A stretch of DNA of 64,000 nucleotides from Bdellovibrionales bacterium (GTDB lineage: Bacteria > Bdellovibrionota > Bdellovibrionia > Bdellovibrionales > UBA840): assembly GCA_045110695.1 (NCBI GenBank), contig JBGCGH010000002.1, positions 9,993 through 73,992 of the forward strand, in the 5' to 3' direction. The notes under the pieces are model-generated. The model saw only the letters and a program-made list of their open reading frames with translations. It was not told where the DNA came from and ran no database searches. The first letter of the stretch is position 1; each line of letters starts with the position of its first letter. Shown piece after piece: positions 24,756 through 34,501 of the stretch. The translations under genes were made by a program, and so were the position numbers.

Positions 24756-25427
24756 TTAGGCTACGTCTTGGTGAATAAATTCATCCTTTCTGCGTATTTC
24801 TTGGGCATAAGCTATTGTTTCTTCGAACACCCTATGAAAGCAATCAATACTAAAAGACATTGAGTCAGAAACGATATCTAGACATTTAGGATCAAGCTCT
24901 GAAAGGGTATTAAATGCCTTCTCTAGATGATCCTCATCTTCATCTCCGTGTAAATTTAAAAACTTACCCCCAGCACCATGAGCCCTCACTACCTGGTTGT
25001 GGGCCCAACTACACTTTTTTACGGCAATCCCCTCCAGGGTTAGAATATAGCCAAAAAAGCTGATTGGACTCAAATGCTCAATCAAATAATACTGGCTTGC
25101 CCACATTGCTTTTGTAGAACTCAGTACAGGAAAACTATTAAGTTCATATCCTAAAAATTTAAGATCTTTTTCCGCATCGAACTCGTGACCAATCTCCTCG
25201 AGAGTGTGGTTGAAAAAACGGCTCTTAAGTTTTGTTTTTAATTTTATCGGAAGATCTAGGTTTTGTACCCTTGCCCCCGCAATAGCCAAAAGAGGTGAAG
25301 ACTCTTGAGCCCATGAATATATCTGGCGACATAGAACCGCGTAAACAAGTCTATCCTGCCAAGGAAATCTTTCCCATTGATTGGTTAGTTTTACTATTTT
25401 TTCGTCGAATAAATTCTTTAACTCCAT
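24756..25427 (-). CDS. Heme-oxygenase-like di-iron (TenA/PqqC/CADD-fold) redox enzyme
   Basis: All-helical pattern with metal-ligand-like motifs FNHTLEEIGHE (ExxH) and LNLHGDEDEDHLEKA (H..D/ExxH), plus YAVLCRQIYSWAQESSPLLAIAG. AGGGGA lies 5-6 nt upstream of ATG 25427. Confidence 0.55.
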   Translation of the reverse strand: MELKNLFDEKIVKLTNQWERFPWQDRLVYAVLCRQIYSWAQESSPLLAIAGARVQNLDLPIKLKTKLKSRFFNHTLEEIGHEFDAEKDLKFLGYELNSFPVLSSTKAMWASQYYLIEHLSPISFFGYILTLEGIAVKKCSWAHNQVVRAHGAGGKFLNLHGDEDEDHLEKAFNTLSELDPKCLDIVSDSMSFSIDCFHRVFEETIAYAQEIRRKDEFIHQDVA

Positions 25428-26067
25428 AAATTCCCCTATTATAAATATCTATTACATTACTGCTTATTATTTTTTCCTTTATTTTCTTTCTTATACCCCT
25501 TGAATTACATAAGAAGAGCGAACTATCTACCCCGCGTATTTCTATCTTTTCGAAAATTTTTGATCCAGCATCTATTACTAACTTATCGACACTTCTATTG
25601 TTTCGAGCGTAAGAAATAACACCATTCGAATCACTTTTTTGGTAAGATAGAAAACTTAGTTTTACTAAAATAGAAGATATACTCTCCTCTGCTCTTGTAC
25701 CATTCGATCTTAATAGATCTTTCTTTACACACAAATGATTATGAATTTCCAACTGCCCCAGCTTCGCCAAATAGTCCAATCGATTTTTTGGCCAGGATGA
25801 AAAATATTTTTGAGATCGATAGATCTCATTAGATAAATCAACATTTCGACTCATCATGAGACCCACTACTTCATTATTTAATAGGAGGATCATAATCTCA
25901 TCATTAAATAAAAACTCATTTGAACCATCTAGACCCTTACCATAGAGATCTATATACTCCTTATCCCAGACATTTTTGAAGAGTGTAAAAGCCTCTTTTA
26001 GTACATAAGTAGCTAATATCTCGCAAGTTAATGGGATTCGAATGAATTCGAAATTTAAACATTTCAT
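25351..26067 (-). CDS. Possible GNAT-fold N-acyltransferase (N-acyl amino acid synthase-like), weak call
   Basis: LFNDEIMILLLNNEVVGLMMSRNVDL resembles the D..D...hlLv...g.vvGt.Rl core of the FeeM/LuxI-related acyltransferase folds. The ATG has no Shine-Dalgarno. The 3-prime end overlaps the next gene by 77 nt. Confidence 0.35.
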   Translation of the reverse strand: MKCLNFEFIRIPLTCEILATYVLKEAFTLFKNVWDKEYIDLYGKGLDGSNEFLFNDEIMILLLNNEVVGLMMSRNVDLSNEIYRSQKYFSSWPKNRLDYLAKLGQLEIHNHLCVKKDLLRSNGTRAEESISSILVKLSFLSYQKSDSNGVISYARNNRSVDKLVIDAGSKIFEKIEIRGVDSSLFLCNSRGIRKKIKEKIISSNVIDIYNRGIYGVKEFIRRKNSKTNQSMGKISLAG

Positions 26068-26329
26068 GTTTGTTTAATCGGCCGGCAAATATAAAAGTTA
26101 AGTTTTTTTAACATTAAATTTTGCGGTCTTTAATGGGGCCATTTACATCGCTGATAGCCATCAAAATATTAGAACTTTGAAAAATAGAGACAACATGTAG
26201 AACAATCTCAATTAGAGAATCTAATCAAGGCTATTAATATTTGACCAGGATGGTACTAAAGTTTCTTGGCTGGGAAATTTTAAATAGAACAGCAGAGGCT
26301 GGAGTTGAGAAAATAGTAATTCCCCTTTT

Positions 26330-26698
26330 CTAATTAGACCTCTCCATAAACTCAATTCTATTACCAAAGGGATCTTTAATGTTTATCCTTTCGTATCCGG
26401 GTATTTTCTCGCCAGGTGTATAGAAAATATTCGCAGCCTGAAGCACTTGTTTCATTTCAACAAGACTGTGTATCTCGTAGGCCACATGGGCTTTTGTATT
26501 TCCACCCAACTCCCCTTTTTGAACGGTCAGATGGAGTTGAAGCCCAGCGGTTAACTCAAACCAGATGCCTCCATTTTTCTGAAGAACATCTGGTTTAGGA
26601 ATTTCTTGTAAGCCCAATACATCCCCATAAAAAGCTCTAGCCTCTGTATCGGAATTTTCAGGAATACATATCGCTACATGATTAACCGAAATAATCAT
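26330..26698 (-). CDS. VOC-family (glyoxalase/bleomycin-resistance/dioxygenase) protein
   Basis: 122 aa. MIISVNHVAICIP...FYGDVLGL...HVAYEI...DPFGNRIEF fits a paired beta-alpha-beta-beta-beta module with His/Glu ligand positions. Confidence 0.75.
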   Translation of the reverse strand: MIISVNHVAICIPENSDTEARAFYGDVLGLQEIPKPDVLQKNGGIWFELTAGLQLHLTVQKGELGGNTKAHVAYEIHSLVEMKQVLQAANIFYTPGEKIPGYERINIKDPFGNRIEFMERSN

Positions 26699-26726
26699 AA
26701 GATCTTACCCCAGCCTATGTTATTGA

Positions 26727-28205
26727 CTACTTTCTTTTTTCCCAAAAGCTAGCACCCTTGATACCCAGTTTTTTAGGATCAAAAGAAAACTTACCCGTAC
26801 CAGAGGTTTTCAATTGATACTCATAATCTTTTAAAGCGATTAGGGCCGGTTTTCCTTTAAAGAAAATTATTAGTATCGCAATGATATTCAACCAGGCCAT
26901 TAAACCTACACCAATATCACCCATGCCCCATGCAAGCCCTGCCTCTTTTATGGTTCCATAGAAAGCGGCAGATACTAAAACAACTTTTAAAATAGTGTCA
27001 TTGATAGGGAATCGAAAATGTTTTCTTAAATAGGCTAAATTCACCTCTGCAATGAAGTAGTAAGCAAGGAGTGTTGTAAAAGCGAAAAAGAATAAAGCAA
27101 CAGCAACAAAGACTTCGCCAAATCCACTAAAAACACTATCCACGGCCATTTGAGTGAAAGCAGGAGAGTTGATAATAGTATCCGGTGAAACATTCTGAAC
27201 TAAAAATGAGCCCGCCTCTCCCTGAACATTGTAAGTACCCATAATGAGAATCATAAATGCAGTCGCAGAACAGACAAATAGTGTATCTATATAAACGGAA
27301 AAAGCTTGAACCAAACCTTGCTGGGCAGGATGCTCCACTTCTGCGGCAGCCGCTGCGTGAGGACCTGTACCCTGTCCTGCTTCGTTAGAGTAAACTCCAC
27401 GTTTTACACCCCAACCAATAGCGGCACCAACTCCTGCCATTGGACTAAAGGCATCCCCCACAATTAAGGAAAAGATTCCTGGGATTTTATCTAGATTAAG
27501 AACTAAAATAATTATGGCAATAACGATGTAGGTAAGTGCCATGAAGGGAACGACAATTTGTGTGAAGTTAGCGATCCGTTTTAATCCGCCAAAAACAATA
27601 AAGCTCAGCATTATTGTAATTCCAAATGCGGCATAAATTTTGGAAGAACTCAGAACACCAAAAAAGGAATTTATCTCTGCGCCATTACCAAATGCCTGTG
27701 CCACAGCTGTTCCGATACTATTAGACTGAACGGTAGGTAACAAAATACCACAAGCTAAAACCGTAGATAGTGCAAAAACAAGGGAATACCATTTCATACC
27801 TAAGACTTTTTCGATATAATAAGCGGGTCCCCCTCTATAACTGCCTTCAAAATCTTCTTTGTATATTTGACCGAGGGTTGATTCTACATAGGCAGTAGAT
27901 GCACCAAGAAAAGCCACTACCCACATCCAAAAAACAGCCCCAGGGCCACCAAAGCCTATTGCGGCAGCGACCCCTGCGATGTTACCAGTTCCAACTCTAC
28001 CAGACAGTGAAACGGCCAAAGCCTGAAAGCTAGAAATACCATGATCCGATTGCTTTCCATCTCTTAAAAGACGCCACATCTCACCAAAGTGCCTTACCTG
28101 AAGAAACTTTGTTGAAAGGGAATAAAAAAGACCTACACCTAAACATAAATAAATAAGCGCCGGGCTCCAAATGATACTGTTTATACTACTAATGATAGAA
28201 TCCAA
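26727..28205 (-). CDS. Alanine/glycine:cation symporter (AGCS family)
   Basis: SSFQALAVSLSGRVGTGNIAGVAAAIGFGGPGAVFWMW, and the 10-11 helix layout is typical of sodium:alanine symporters. Confidence 0.9.
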   Translation of the reverse strand: MDSIISSINSIIWSPALIYLCLGVGLFYSLSTKFLQVRHFGEMWRLLRDGKQSDHGISSFQALAVSLSGRVGTGNIAGVAAAIGFGGPGAVFWMWVVAFLGASTAYVESTLGQIYKEDFEGSYRGGPAYYIEKVLGMKWYSLVFALSTVLACGILLPTVQSNSIGTAVAQAFGNGAEINSFFGVLSSSKIYAAFGITIMLSFIVFGGLKRIANFTQIVVPFMALTYIVIAIIILVLNLDKIPGIFSLIVGDAFSPMAGVGAAIGWGVKRGVYSNEAGQGTGPHAAAAAEVEHPAQQGLVQAFSVYIDTLFVCSATAFMILIMGTYNVQGEAGSFLVQNVSPDTIINSPAFTQMAVDSVFSGFGEVFVAVALFFFAFTTLLAYYFIAEVNLAYLRKHFRFPINDTILKVVLVSAAFYGTIKEAGLAWGMGDIGVGLMAWLNIIAILIIFFKGKPALIALKDYEYQLKTSGTGKFSFDPKKLGIKGASFWEKRK

Positions 28206-28361
28206 TTTTATCTCCTGTGATTGTACTTAAGCATTAAAACAACAAAACTACTTTGACCAGAACTTAGTCTGATTTGCTCAGAATCTAGTGTTATAAATTG
28301 TAATAAATAAAACTTTCTAATCTAAATTTTATAAATCTACCCGTTAAACACTATTCAATGA

Positions 28362-29570
28362 TTAAAACACTTCTCTAGATTTAAGGTAATTGATTTTTGC
28401 TATGAAAAAGTTTTTTCTAGCATTTTCAAATGCTAGAAACCGATCGAGATGGTTTTTTTGCTGCTGTAGTAATTCTGTAATAGAAAGACGTCCTAATCTA
28501 AAATCTTTCTCGCTTTGCTGTAAAACTGTCTCACTAAGGTCCCAACTTCTTTCGGCTAGCATCAAAACATCTTTATTACTGAAGTACTCAGTTTCTAAAT
28601 TCGAAAAATCTACTTGATTCAGTTTCAAATCTTTTTTACGATTTTCTAGTTCAATTTTATAGTCAAATTTTGCGTTTATGGATCTATCGATGGCAGCAGA
28701 AGAGTTAAATAGAGTCCAAGAGGCAGTGATTGTTGTCGTAGTAGATTCTTCTTGAAAATCTCTATCTGGATTCCAAGTATGATTCAAATCCAATCTGGGG
28801 GCAAAATTAGCATAGCTATCCCACTTGGCCGACTTTGCAATATCAACTAGAATTTCTATTTTTCTCTGTATTCTAAGATCATCAAAGCTTACTTTCTTAG
28901 CACGAGATTCAAGTCTTTCAGATTTTAAATAAGATAATATTGAAGTTGATTGGTCATAGTCGAAATATTTTAAGTTAAGCGCACTCTGACGTAGAAAAGC
29001 ATCTACCTCTATCTGCTCCCGCTTAATACTTAATAGTTGAGATTCCAGCTGAGATATTTCTGACTTAGAAATTAGTCCTTTTCTATATCTTGATTGGCCT
29101 ATGTTAAAAAGGTTTTCAAAGGTCGCAATTATTTCTGTTCCGGTTTTAAATCTCCGTTTAAAGAAATCTCTCTCAATCACCGCTTTATAAAATCTATGAT
29201 AAAAAGAAATCAACGAGAGTTCAGCACTGATTATATTACTCTCTCTTAAAAGTAGGTTCTGATCTACAGCCAACAGATCTCGTCCTGAATTGAAGAGATT
29301 TAAATTAGCGCTCAAAGCTTCTGATCTACCAGAACTATCGGATCCAGAATCTTTAACGGAATTACTAGTTCTCGACCAAGATAAAGACGGCCAAAAACTT
29401 CCCGTACTTGTGCGTTTTAGCTTGGACTGACGTTCCAACTCTAGGATAAGTGACATCCGCTCCGGATGTTGCTCTAAAATTTTCTCGATATCAGCGGAAT
29501 TAATGCTAGCCAGAGAAAACAAAGGAACTATCTGTACAATCAGAAAAAACTTAAGCACTCGCTCTCCCAT
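28362..29570 (-). CDS. TolC-like outer-membrane efflux factor
   Basis: Signal peptide, two-fold repeated coiled-coil/beta layout, and a position directly downstream of (and overlapping by 20 nt) the RND pump gene. Confidence 0.6.
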   Translation of the reverse strand: MGERVLKFFLIVQIVPLFSLASINSADIEKILEQHPERMSLILELERQSKLKRTSTGSFWPSLSWSRTSNSVKDSGSDSSGRSEALSANLNLFNSGRDLLAVDQNLLLRESNIISAELSLISFYHRFYKAVIERDFFKRRFKTGTEIIATFENLFNIGQSRYRKGLISKSEISQLESQLLSIKREQIEVDAFLRQSALNLKYFDYDQSTSILSYLKSERLESRAKKVSFDDLRIQRKIEILVDIAKSAKWDSYANFAPRLDLNHTWNPDRDFQEESTTTTITASWTLFNSSAAIDRSINAKFDYKIELENRKKDLKLNQVDFSNLETEYFSNKDVLMLAERSWDLSETVLQQSEKDFRLGRLSITELLQQQKNHLDRFLAFENARKNFFIAKINYLKSREVF

Positions 29571-32500
29571 AGGATAAATTTAATAAACATGGAACCACGA
29601 TGAGTGTAAGGAAAGTAGATATCAACATACCAGAGCTCACTGCAATACCTAAGCTCTGTAGTACCTCTCCACCGTCCCCTCTACCGAAGGCTACCGGGAG
29701 CATCGCAAGAATCGTGGTTAAAGAAGTAACCAAAATAGGTTTCAAGCGAGTCTTACAGGCGTGAATACTCGCTTGCTTTATGTCTTTAAAATCATCCTTA
29801 ACCTGATGGAAAAAACTCACCAATAGAATGGAATTATTCACCGATATTCCAGCCAATAAAATCAAACCAAGTCCTGAATTGATAGACCAAGAAGAGTCAA
29901 AAGTGTACAGGCTAATACAAACTCCTACTAAGCCAAGAGGAAAACTTAGCATAACTATAAGCACATCCTTGAGTCTCCCGAATTGGATGTAGATCAAAAT
30001 AAAAATTAGTAATAAACTTGTACCCAAAGCCAGTCCAACTTCTCTAAGAGCTTTATTCTTTTCATTGCTTCCCTCAACTAAACCTATAGTGACTCCAGCT
30101 TCTGAAAACTTGCTTTTAATTTTCTCAATATAGTTTTGGTTAAAGTCCTTAGCTGTATCCTTTGGGTCTCCTACAATTCGAAGTTGTTCCGCATTTTCAT
30201 ATTTGGCAAATCCCTCAAAACTTTCTTTTATATTGATGTCAAAAAGGGCTCTTAAAGGCATTACCAATTCGTTAAACTGGAGTGGGAAGGAGCCAATTTT
30301 TGCGGGAGAATCCATAGTGCCACTGGGAAACCTTAAGTTGACAGGTTTTGAGCCTTCGTTGGTAGAATAAGTCCCTAAATTTTGATCCTCTAGGCTATAA
30401 CTAATTTGATTCTGCAAACTATCCATAGTTTGATTGGTGGCATCTAAATAATTCTCTAAATATTCCTTTTTAGGCTCTAGAAGAACCTTTCTTGACTTGC
30501 GAACATCTTTTGAAGACCAATTGAATTCTTTATTTTCATCAATATATTCTTTTATATTTTGAGTCACCTGAACGACTTTATCGTTAGACCCAGAGACAAA
30601 CATTTGGAATTTAGGCGGATTAGGAACTGGTAACTTAGATGGGTTCCATGGCCAAACCTTAAAACTAACCCCTGGAAAAACAGAAAGAGCTTTTTCAAAT
30701 ACCTTTTTAGCTTCGTCCATTTTGCTTTTATCTTTAATGGTTAAAACCATCCCACCGTCTTTAATATCCCAGATTTCAGTAAACATCGATTTAGTGTAAT
30801 TGGAATGATCCTCCATCAACATTCTCTCAATGGGTCTTAAAAAAGCAGCTAACTCCCGAGTGGTGCTGGTTGTCTCATGTTCCACCCTTATCCAGAAAGT
30901 ATCTGTCTTCGGTAACTTTACCAACTCTGTCTTGATCTTAGGTGCTACTACTAAAATAGTTACTAACGTACCCGTTGAAATAGAAAATAATATTCCGATG
31001 CTGAGCATGGATGAGCTCAAAACAAAATTTAGTGTTTTCCTATAGTAGTCTTCTACCAACAGATAAAAAGACTGGAAGCCTTTGAAAACTATATTCGAAG
31101 GCTTCTCTTCAGGGTTTGAACGAATAAGATAGATTCTGACAATCGGTACCACAATTAAAGCGACGAGCATTGAAAAACCATGAGAGAAAATCACAGCCCT
31201 AGCTAAATCACCTAGTACTGCTTGAGCCAGACCGTTAGTAGAGATCAGAGGGAAAAATACTATGAGCGTTGATAAACAGCTTACAATAATTGGAATTCTA
31301 ACTTCATTAACAGCTTTTAAAATAGTGGATATTCTTTCATTAAAATTGTTGGGTGGATTCGTTCTCAAATGCCTAAGAATGTTCTCTACCATCACAACAC
31401 TAGAATCAATATTCATGCCGGCAGTTAACGCCAAGCCACCCAACGATATTAAATTAATCGAAATCCCAAACAGTCGCATTAAAATAAAGGAAAGAATCAT
31501 AGCAATAGGAATTTCTATCAAAGAAAAAATAGAGTTTTTAAAGCTACCAACAAATAGCATTAAAATGAGCACAGCAATTAAACCACCAAACACTATTTGC
31601 TCAGAAATATTTGATATGGATGAATTAATAAAACGAGAAGGATCTACAAGAATAACATTACTCACATCTGGAGGAAGATGAGATAGCTCATCATTGATTA
31701 TAGTTTTAACACTACCAACCATTGCCCTAAGATTTGCCTCTTCTGTAGGTTCGACTTTAAGAAAAACGGAAGGTCTCCCATTGGTTCTGATGATTTCGCC
31801 TTTCACCGAATCCACTTCCAGCTTTACTTCTGCCACATCTTTTAGTCTAAGATGTGGTTTCCCCAAGGCTCTCAACGAAAGATCTTCTAAGTCCTCAAAC
31901 TGCTCCACACCTTTCGACATTTCCACTTGGAAGAAATTTGTATCATGAACAATACTTCCCAGTTTTTTATCATAAGAATACTGCTTCACAAGCCAAGATA
32001 TTTGAGGGGCCTTAAGACCGTACCTTAACAAGTAATCTGGTTTTAGCTCGATAAACGCAGCTTTTTGAGTGGGGTCCCAGAGAAAGGCCTTATGAACATC
32101 GGGCAAGGCTTTTACTCTTGCAATCACTCCCGCTTCAAGGGCTGGCCGAATAGCTGCTAAATTCCCATCCGCCTTAAAGAAACTGGACATGAAGCGACCG
32201 CCATTAGCTCTGCGCTTCCAATACCAAACATCCCAGTTTTCCAAGCCTGGTATTTTCCCCAAAATCTTGCTTTGTTCAAGAGCTAGAGCCCTCTCTACTT
32301 CTCTGCTAGATGTATTCCACTCAAATTCAAGATCGTACTTCACCTTTCCGTCCTGAATTCTATATCTAAACTGATCTAGATTCTCAATTTTTTTAAGACT
32401 AGCCTCAACGGAATCATTGTACTTATTGATGTATTCTACAGGTGTTAAATCATTCAATCGAACGGCAATTCGATATTTCGGCTTCGAGCTATTTGGATAT

Positions 32501-32598
32501 AAAGCTATAGGAAGCTGAAAGCTAGAAAAGATTCCTAGGAAAACAAACAAGCCGAGAAGTAAACTAACTATTTTAGGTTTTGAATAAATCCAATTCAA
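29551..32598 (-). CDS. RND efflux transporter permease (AcrB family)
   Basis: 1,015 aa with a 12-helix, two-large-loop layout. The N-terminus is typical (MNWIYSKPKIVSLLLGLFVFLGIFSSFQLPIALYP), and TM4-like and TM10-like segments are conserved. Confidence 0.9.
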   Translation of the reverse strand: MNWIYSKPKIVSLLLGLFVFLGIFSSFQLPIALYPNSSKPKYRIAVRLNDLTPVEYINKYNDSVEASLKKIENLDQFRYRIQDGKVKYDLEFEWNTSSREVERALALEQSKILGKIPGLENWDVWYWKRRANGGRFMSSFFKADGNLAAIRPALEAGVIARVKALPDVHKAFLWDPTQKAAFIELKPDYLLRYGLKAPQISWLVKQYSYDKKLGSIVHDTNFFQVEMSKGVEQFEDLEDLSLRALGKPHLRLKDVAEVKLEVDSVKGEIIRTNGRPSVFLKVEPTEEANLRAMVGSVKTIINDELSHLPPDVSNVILVDPSRFINSSISNISEQIVFGGLIAVLILMLFVGSFKNSIFSLIEIPIAMILSFILMRLFGISINLISLGGLALTAGMNIDSSVVMVENILRHLRTNPPNNFNERISTILKAVNEVRIPIIVSCLSTLIVFFPLISTNGLAQAVLGDLARAVIFSHGFSMLVALIVVPIVRIYLIRSNPEEKPSNIVFKGFQSFYLLVEDYYRKTLNFVLSSSMLSIGILFSISTGTLVTILVVAPKIKTELVKLPKTDTFWIRVEHETTSTTRELAAFLRPIERMLMEDHSNYTKSMFTEIWDIKDGGMVLTIKDKSKMDEAKKVFEKALSVFPGVSFKVWPWNPSKLPVPNPPKFQMFVSGSNDKVVQVTQNIKEYIDENKEFNWSSKDVRKSRKVLLEPKKEYLENYLDATNQTMDSLQNQISYSLEDQNLGTYSTNEGSKPVNLRFPSGTMDSPAKIGSFPLQFNELVMPLRALFDINIKESFEGFAKYENAEQLRIVGDPKDTAKDFNQNYIEKIKSKFSEAGVTIGLVEGSNEKNKALREVGLALGTSLLLIFILIYIQFGRLKDVLIVMLSFPLGLVGVCISLYTFDSSWSINSGLGLILLAGISVNNSILLVSFFHQVKDDFKDIKQASIHACKTRLKPILVTSLTTILAMLPVAFGRGDGGEVLQSLGIAVSSGMLISTFLTLIVVPCLLNLSYGRASA

Positions 32599-32601
32599 TT
32601 C

Positions 32602-33471
32602 TTAATTCTCCGTCAGTTCTTTTTCAAAAACCAAGTCACCGTCTTTTAAAAAATCTGCACTAGTCAAGACAACCTTATCACCATTTTCCAAACCTTTTTT
32701 TATCAGTTGAGTTTTACCGATTTTTTCCCCTAAAACTACATCTTTAAATGTTACTTTATTTTTAGCATCTATCGTTCTTATAAGGTATTTGTTCTCTTTC
32801 TTTACAATGGCTTGAATATCTACAGCTATTCCCTTGGGCGCAGGCAAAACTACCTCAGCAGAAACAACCATCCCATCTCTTAGGGAAGATTTTCCTCGAT
32901 GTTGAAATTCGACTAAAAAACCGCCTGTATTGGGATTTACATTATTAGCAATAGCTGAAACATACCAATCCGTAGTTAGGTCATCTTTAATTTTTACTCT
33001 CGCGCCTTTTTGAACTTGAGCCATTTCGGCCTGTGGAACAAAGCCTAATATCTTTAACTTGTTCTCCCTTACAACGCTTAGGATAATTTCATCTCTTAAA
33101 ACCCTACTACCCACTGATTTTGTAAAATTGCTTACGATACCTGTTATGGGCGATCTCAGAAAATAGTCCTGATACTGACCTGAGGGATGGCGGAGCCTCA
33201 AAATCTTTTCTCCACGAGATACCTTGCTACCCATGGGCTTGAATATTTTAGTTATAAAGCCTGTATTCTCTGCCGGGAGATCATAGTTCTCCAAAGATTG
33301 TACTTTTACGGGTATATTTAGAGTCTTCTCCAGAACCTGATATTTGGCCAATCCAGTGGAAACAAGTATGGCTACTTCCTCTTTTGGGGGTATGGCAGCT
33401 AAAGAATAGCTTCCTGCTATCAAAACAAGTATTGGTATCCATTTGAATACAAATCGATATTTAGTCATCAT
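32602..33471 (-). CDS. RND periplasmic adaptor (membrane fusion protein)
   Basis: Membrane anchor followed by barrel-sandwich and beta-barrel segments, immediately upstream of the RND pump. I prefer the start at 33471 (MMTKYRF, GGGAG upstream) over 33510. Confidence 0.7.
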   Translation of the reverse strand: MMTKYRFVFKWIPILVLIAGSYSLAAIPPKEEVAILVSTGLAKYQVLEKTLNIPVKVQSLENYDLPAENTGFITKIFKPMGSKVSRGEKILRLRHPSGQYQDYFLRSPITGIVSNFTKSVGSRVLRDEIILSVVRENKLKILGFVPQAEMAQVQKGARVKIKDDLTTDWYVSAIANNVNPNTGGFLVEFQHRGKSSLRDGMVVSAEVVLPAPKGIAVDIQAIVKKENKYLIRTIDAKNKVTFKDVVLGEKIGKTQLIKKGLENGDKVVLTSADFLKDGDLVFEKELTEN

Positions 33472-33879
33472 AAAAACACTCCCATTCTTCACAGGTATAG
33501 GACATAGCACCTGCTGAGTAAACCCACTAGGACATGAGAGATATAAATAATTTCAACTTTCAAAGACATAGAGGAAATGTAAAAAGAAACGCTAAAAACA
33601 CTGGTTAATTCAACTACTTAACGACAGCTCCCCTAGGCCTTTATGAGTACAAGGAAACTCGTGGTCTCTTTTAATCACCTTTTTACAGTATTTTTTTCTT
33701 TTATATCCTATCTCGCAGATAAATACAGTTTCATCAGCTACTAAAGCCCCCTCCTTCCTAACTAATACAGGGCCAATCTAGCTAATAGCTAGCCCAATAA
33801 CTCGGCGCAAATACTTCCTTGTTGGCAGTCTCGAGTTTATTTTCTAATGATTAAAACCAGGACTTTAAAAGGGGTTATC

Positions 33880-34482
33880 ATGGCAAAGCTCTATTTCAGA
33901 TACGGAACTATGGGAAGTGCAAAAACACTTAATTTATTAGCGGTAGCTCATAATTATCAGCAACAGGGAAAGAAAGTTCTTCTACTAAAGCCTAAAATGG
34001 ATGAACGCTTTGGAAAAAAAACCATCGGTAGCCGTGCAGGCTTAAAAAAAGAAGCGGATCTACTTCTAGAAGACAACTCCATACTGCCAGCCAATGCCTT
34101 CGAAGAGTTTGATTGCATCTTAGTGGATGAGGCTCAGTTTTTGGCAAAGCACATTATTGACCAGTTAAGAAACTTGAGTATTCGCTCCTCTGTACCAGTT
34201 ATTTGCTATGGTCTTAGAACAGATTTTAAAAGTAATTTGTTTGAAGGCTCTAAACGCTTAATGGAAATTGCGGACTCTGTTGAAGAGATAAAAACCACCT
34301 GTAATTTTTGTGATAAAAAAGCCATTTTTAATATGAAGTTTATTGATGGTAAACCGGCAATAGATGGACCCCAAATAGAACTCGGTGCGGAAGAAAAATA
34401 CCTTCCGGCCTGCCATAAATGTTATTATGAAAAAATTGAAAATCGTAAAATTGAATCTGCATACAATCAGCTAGAAATATAA
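33880..34482 (+). CDS. tdk: Thymidine kinase
   Basis: P-loop YGTMGSAKT, ILVDEAQF, and zinc ribbon CNFCDKKA...CHKCYYE. The start MAKLYFRYG is at 33880 with an AAGGGG Shine-Dalgarno. Confidence 0.9.
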   Translation: MAKLYFRYGTMGSAKTLNLLAVAHNYQQQGKKVLLLKPKMDERFGKKTIGSRAGLKKEADLLLEDNSILPANAFEEFDCILVDEAQFLAKHIIDQLRNLSIRSSVPVICYGLRTDFKSNLFEGSKRLMEIADSVEEIKTTCNFCDKKAIFNMKFIDGKPAIDGPQIELGAEEKYLPACHKCYYEKIENRKIESAYNQLEI

Positions 34483-34501
34483 AAAAAGGATCCTTTTTTA
34501 T

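Noticed and set aside
18873-26329. Searched the putative island for an integrase, transposase, phage genes or a direct repeat of the tRNA 3-prime end.
   Set aside because: None was found by eye. The island idea is therefore kept only as a low-interest inference based on composition and tRNA adjacency.
33778-33792. The perfect 15-bp palindrome CTAGCTAATAGCTAG as an operator for the RND operon or tdk.
   Set aside because: Seven-bp arms are expected by chance a few times in 64 kb, and no regulator gene is nearby. It is mentioned only as context in a low-interest finding.
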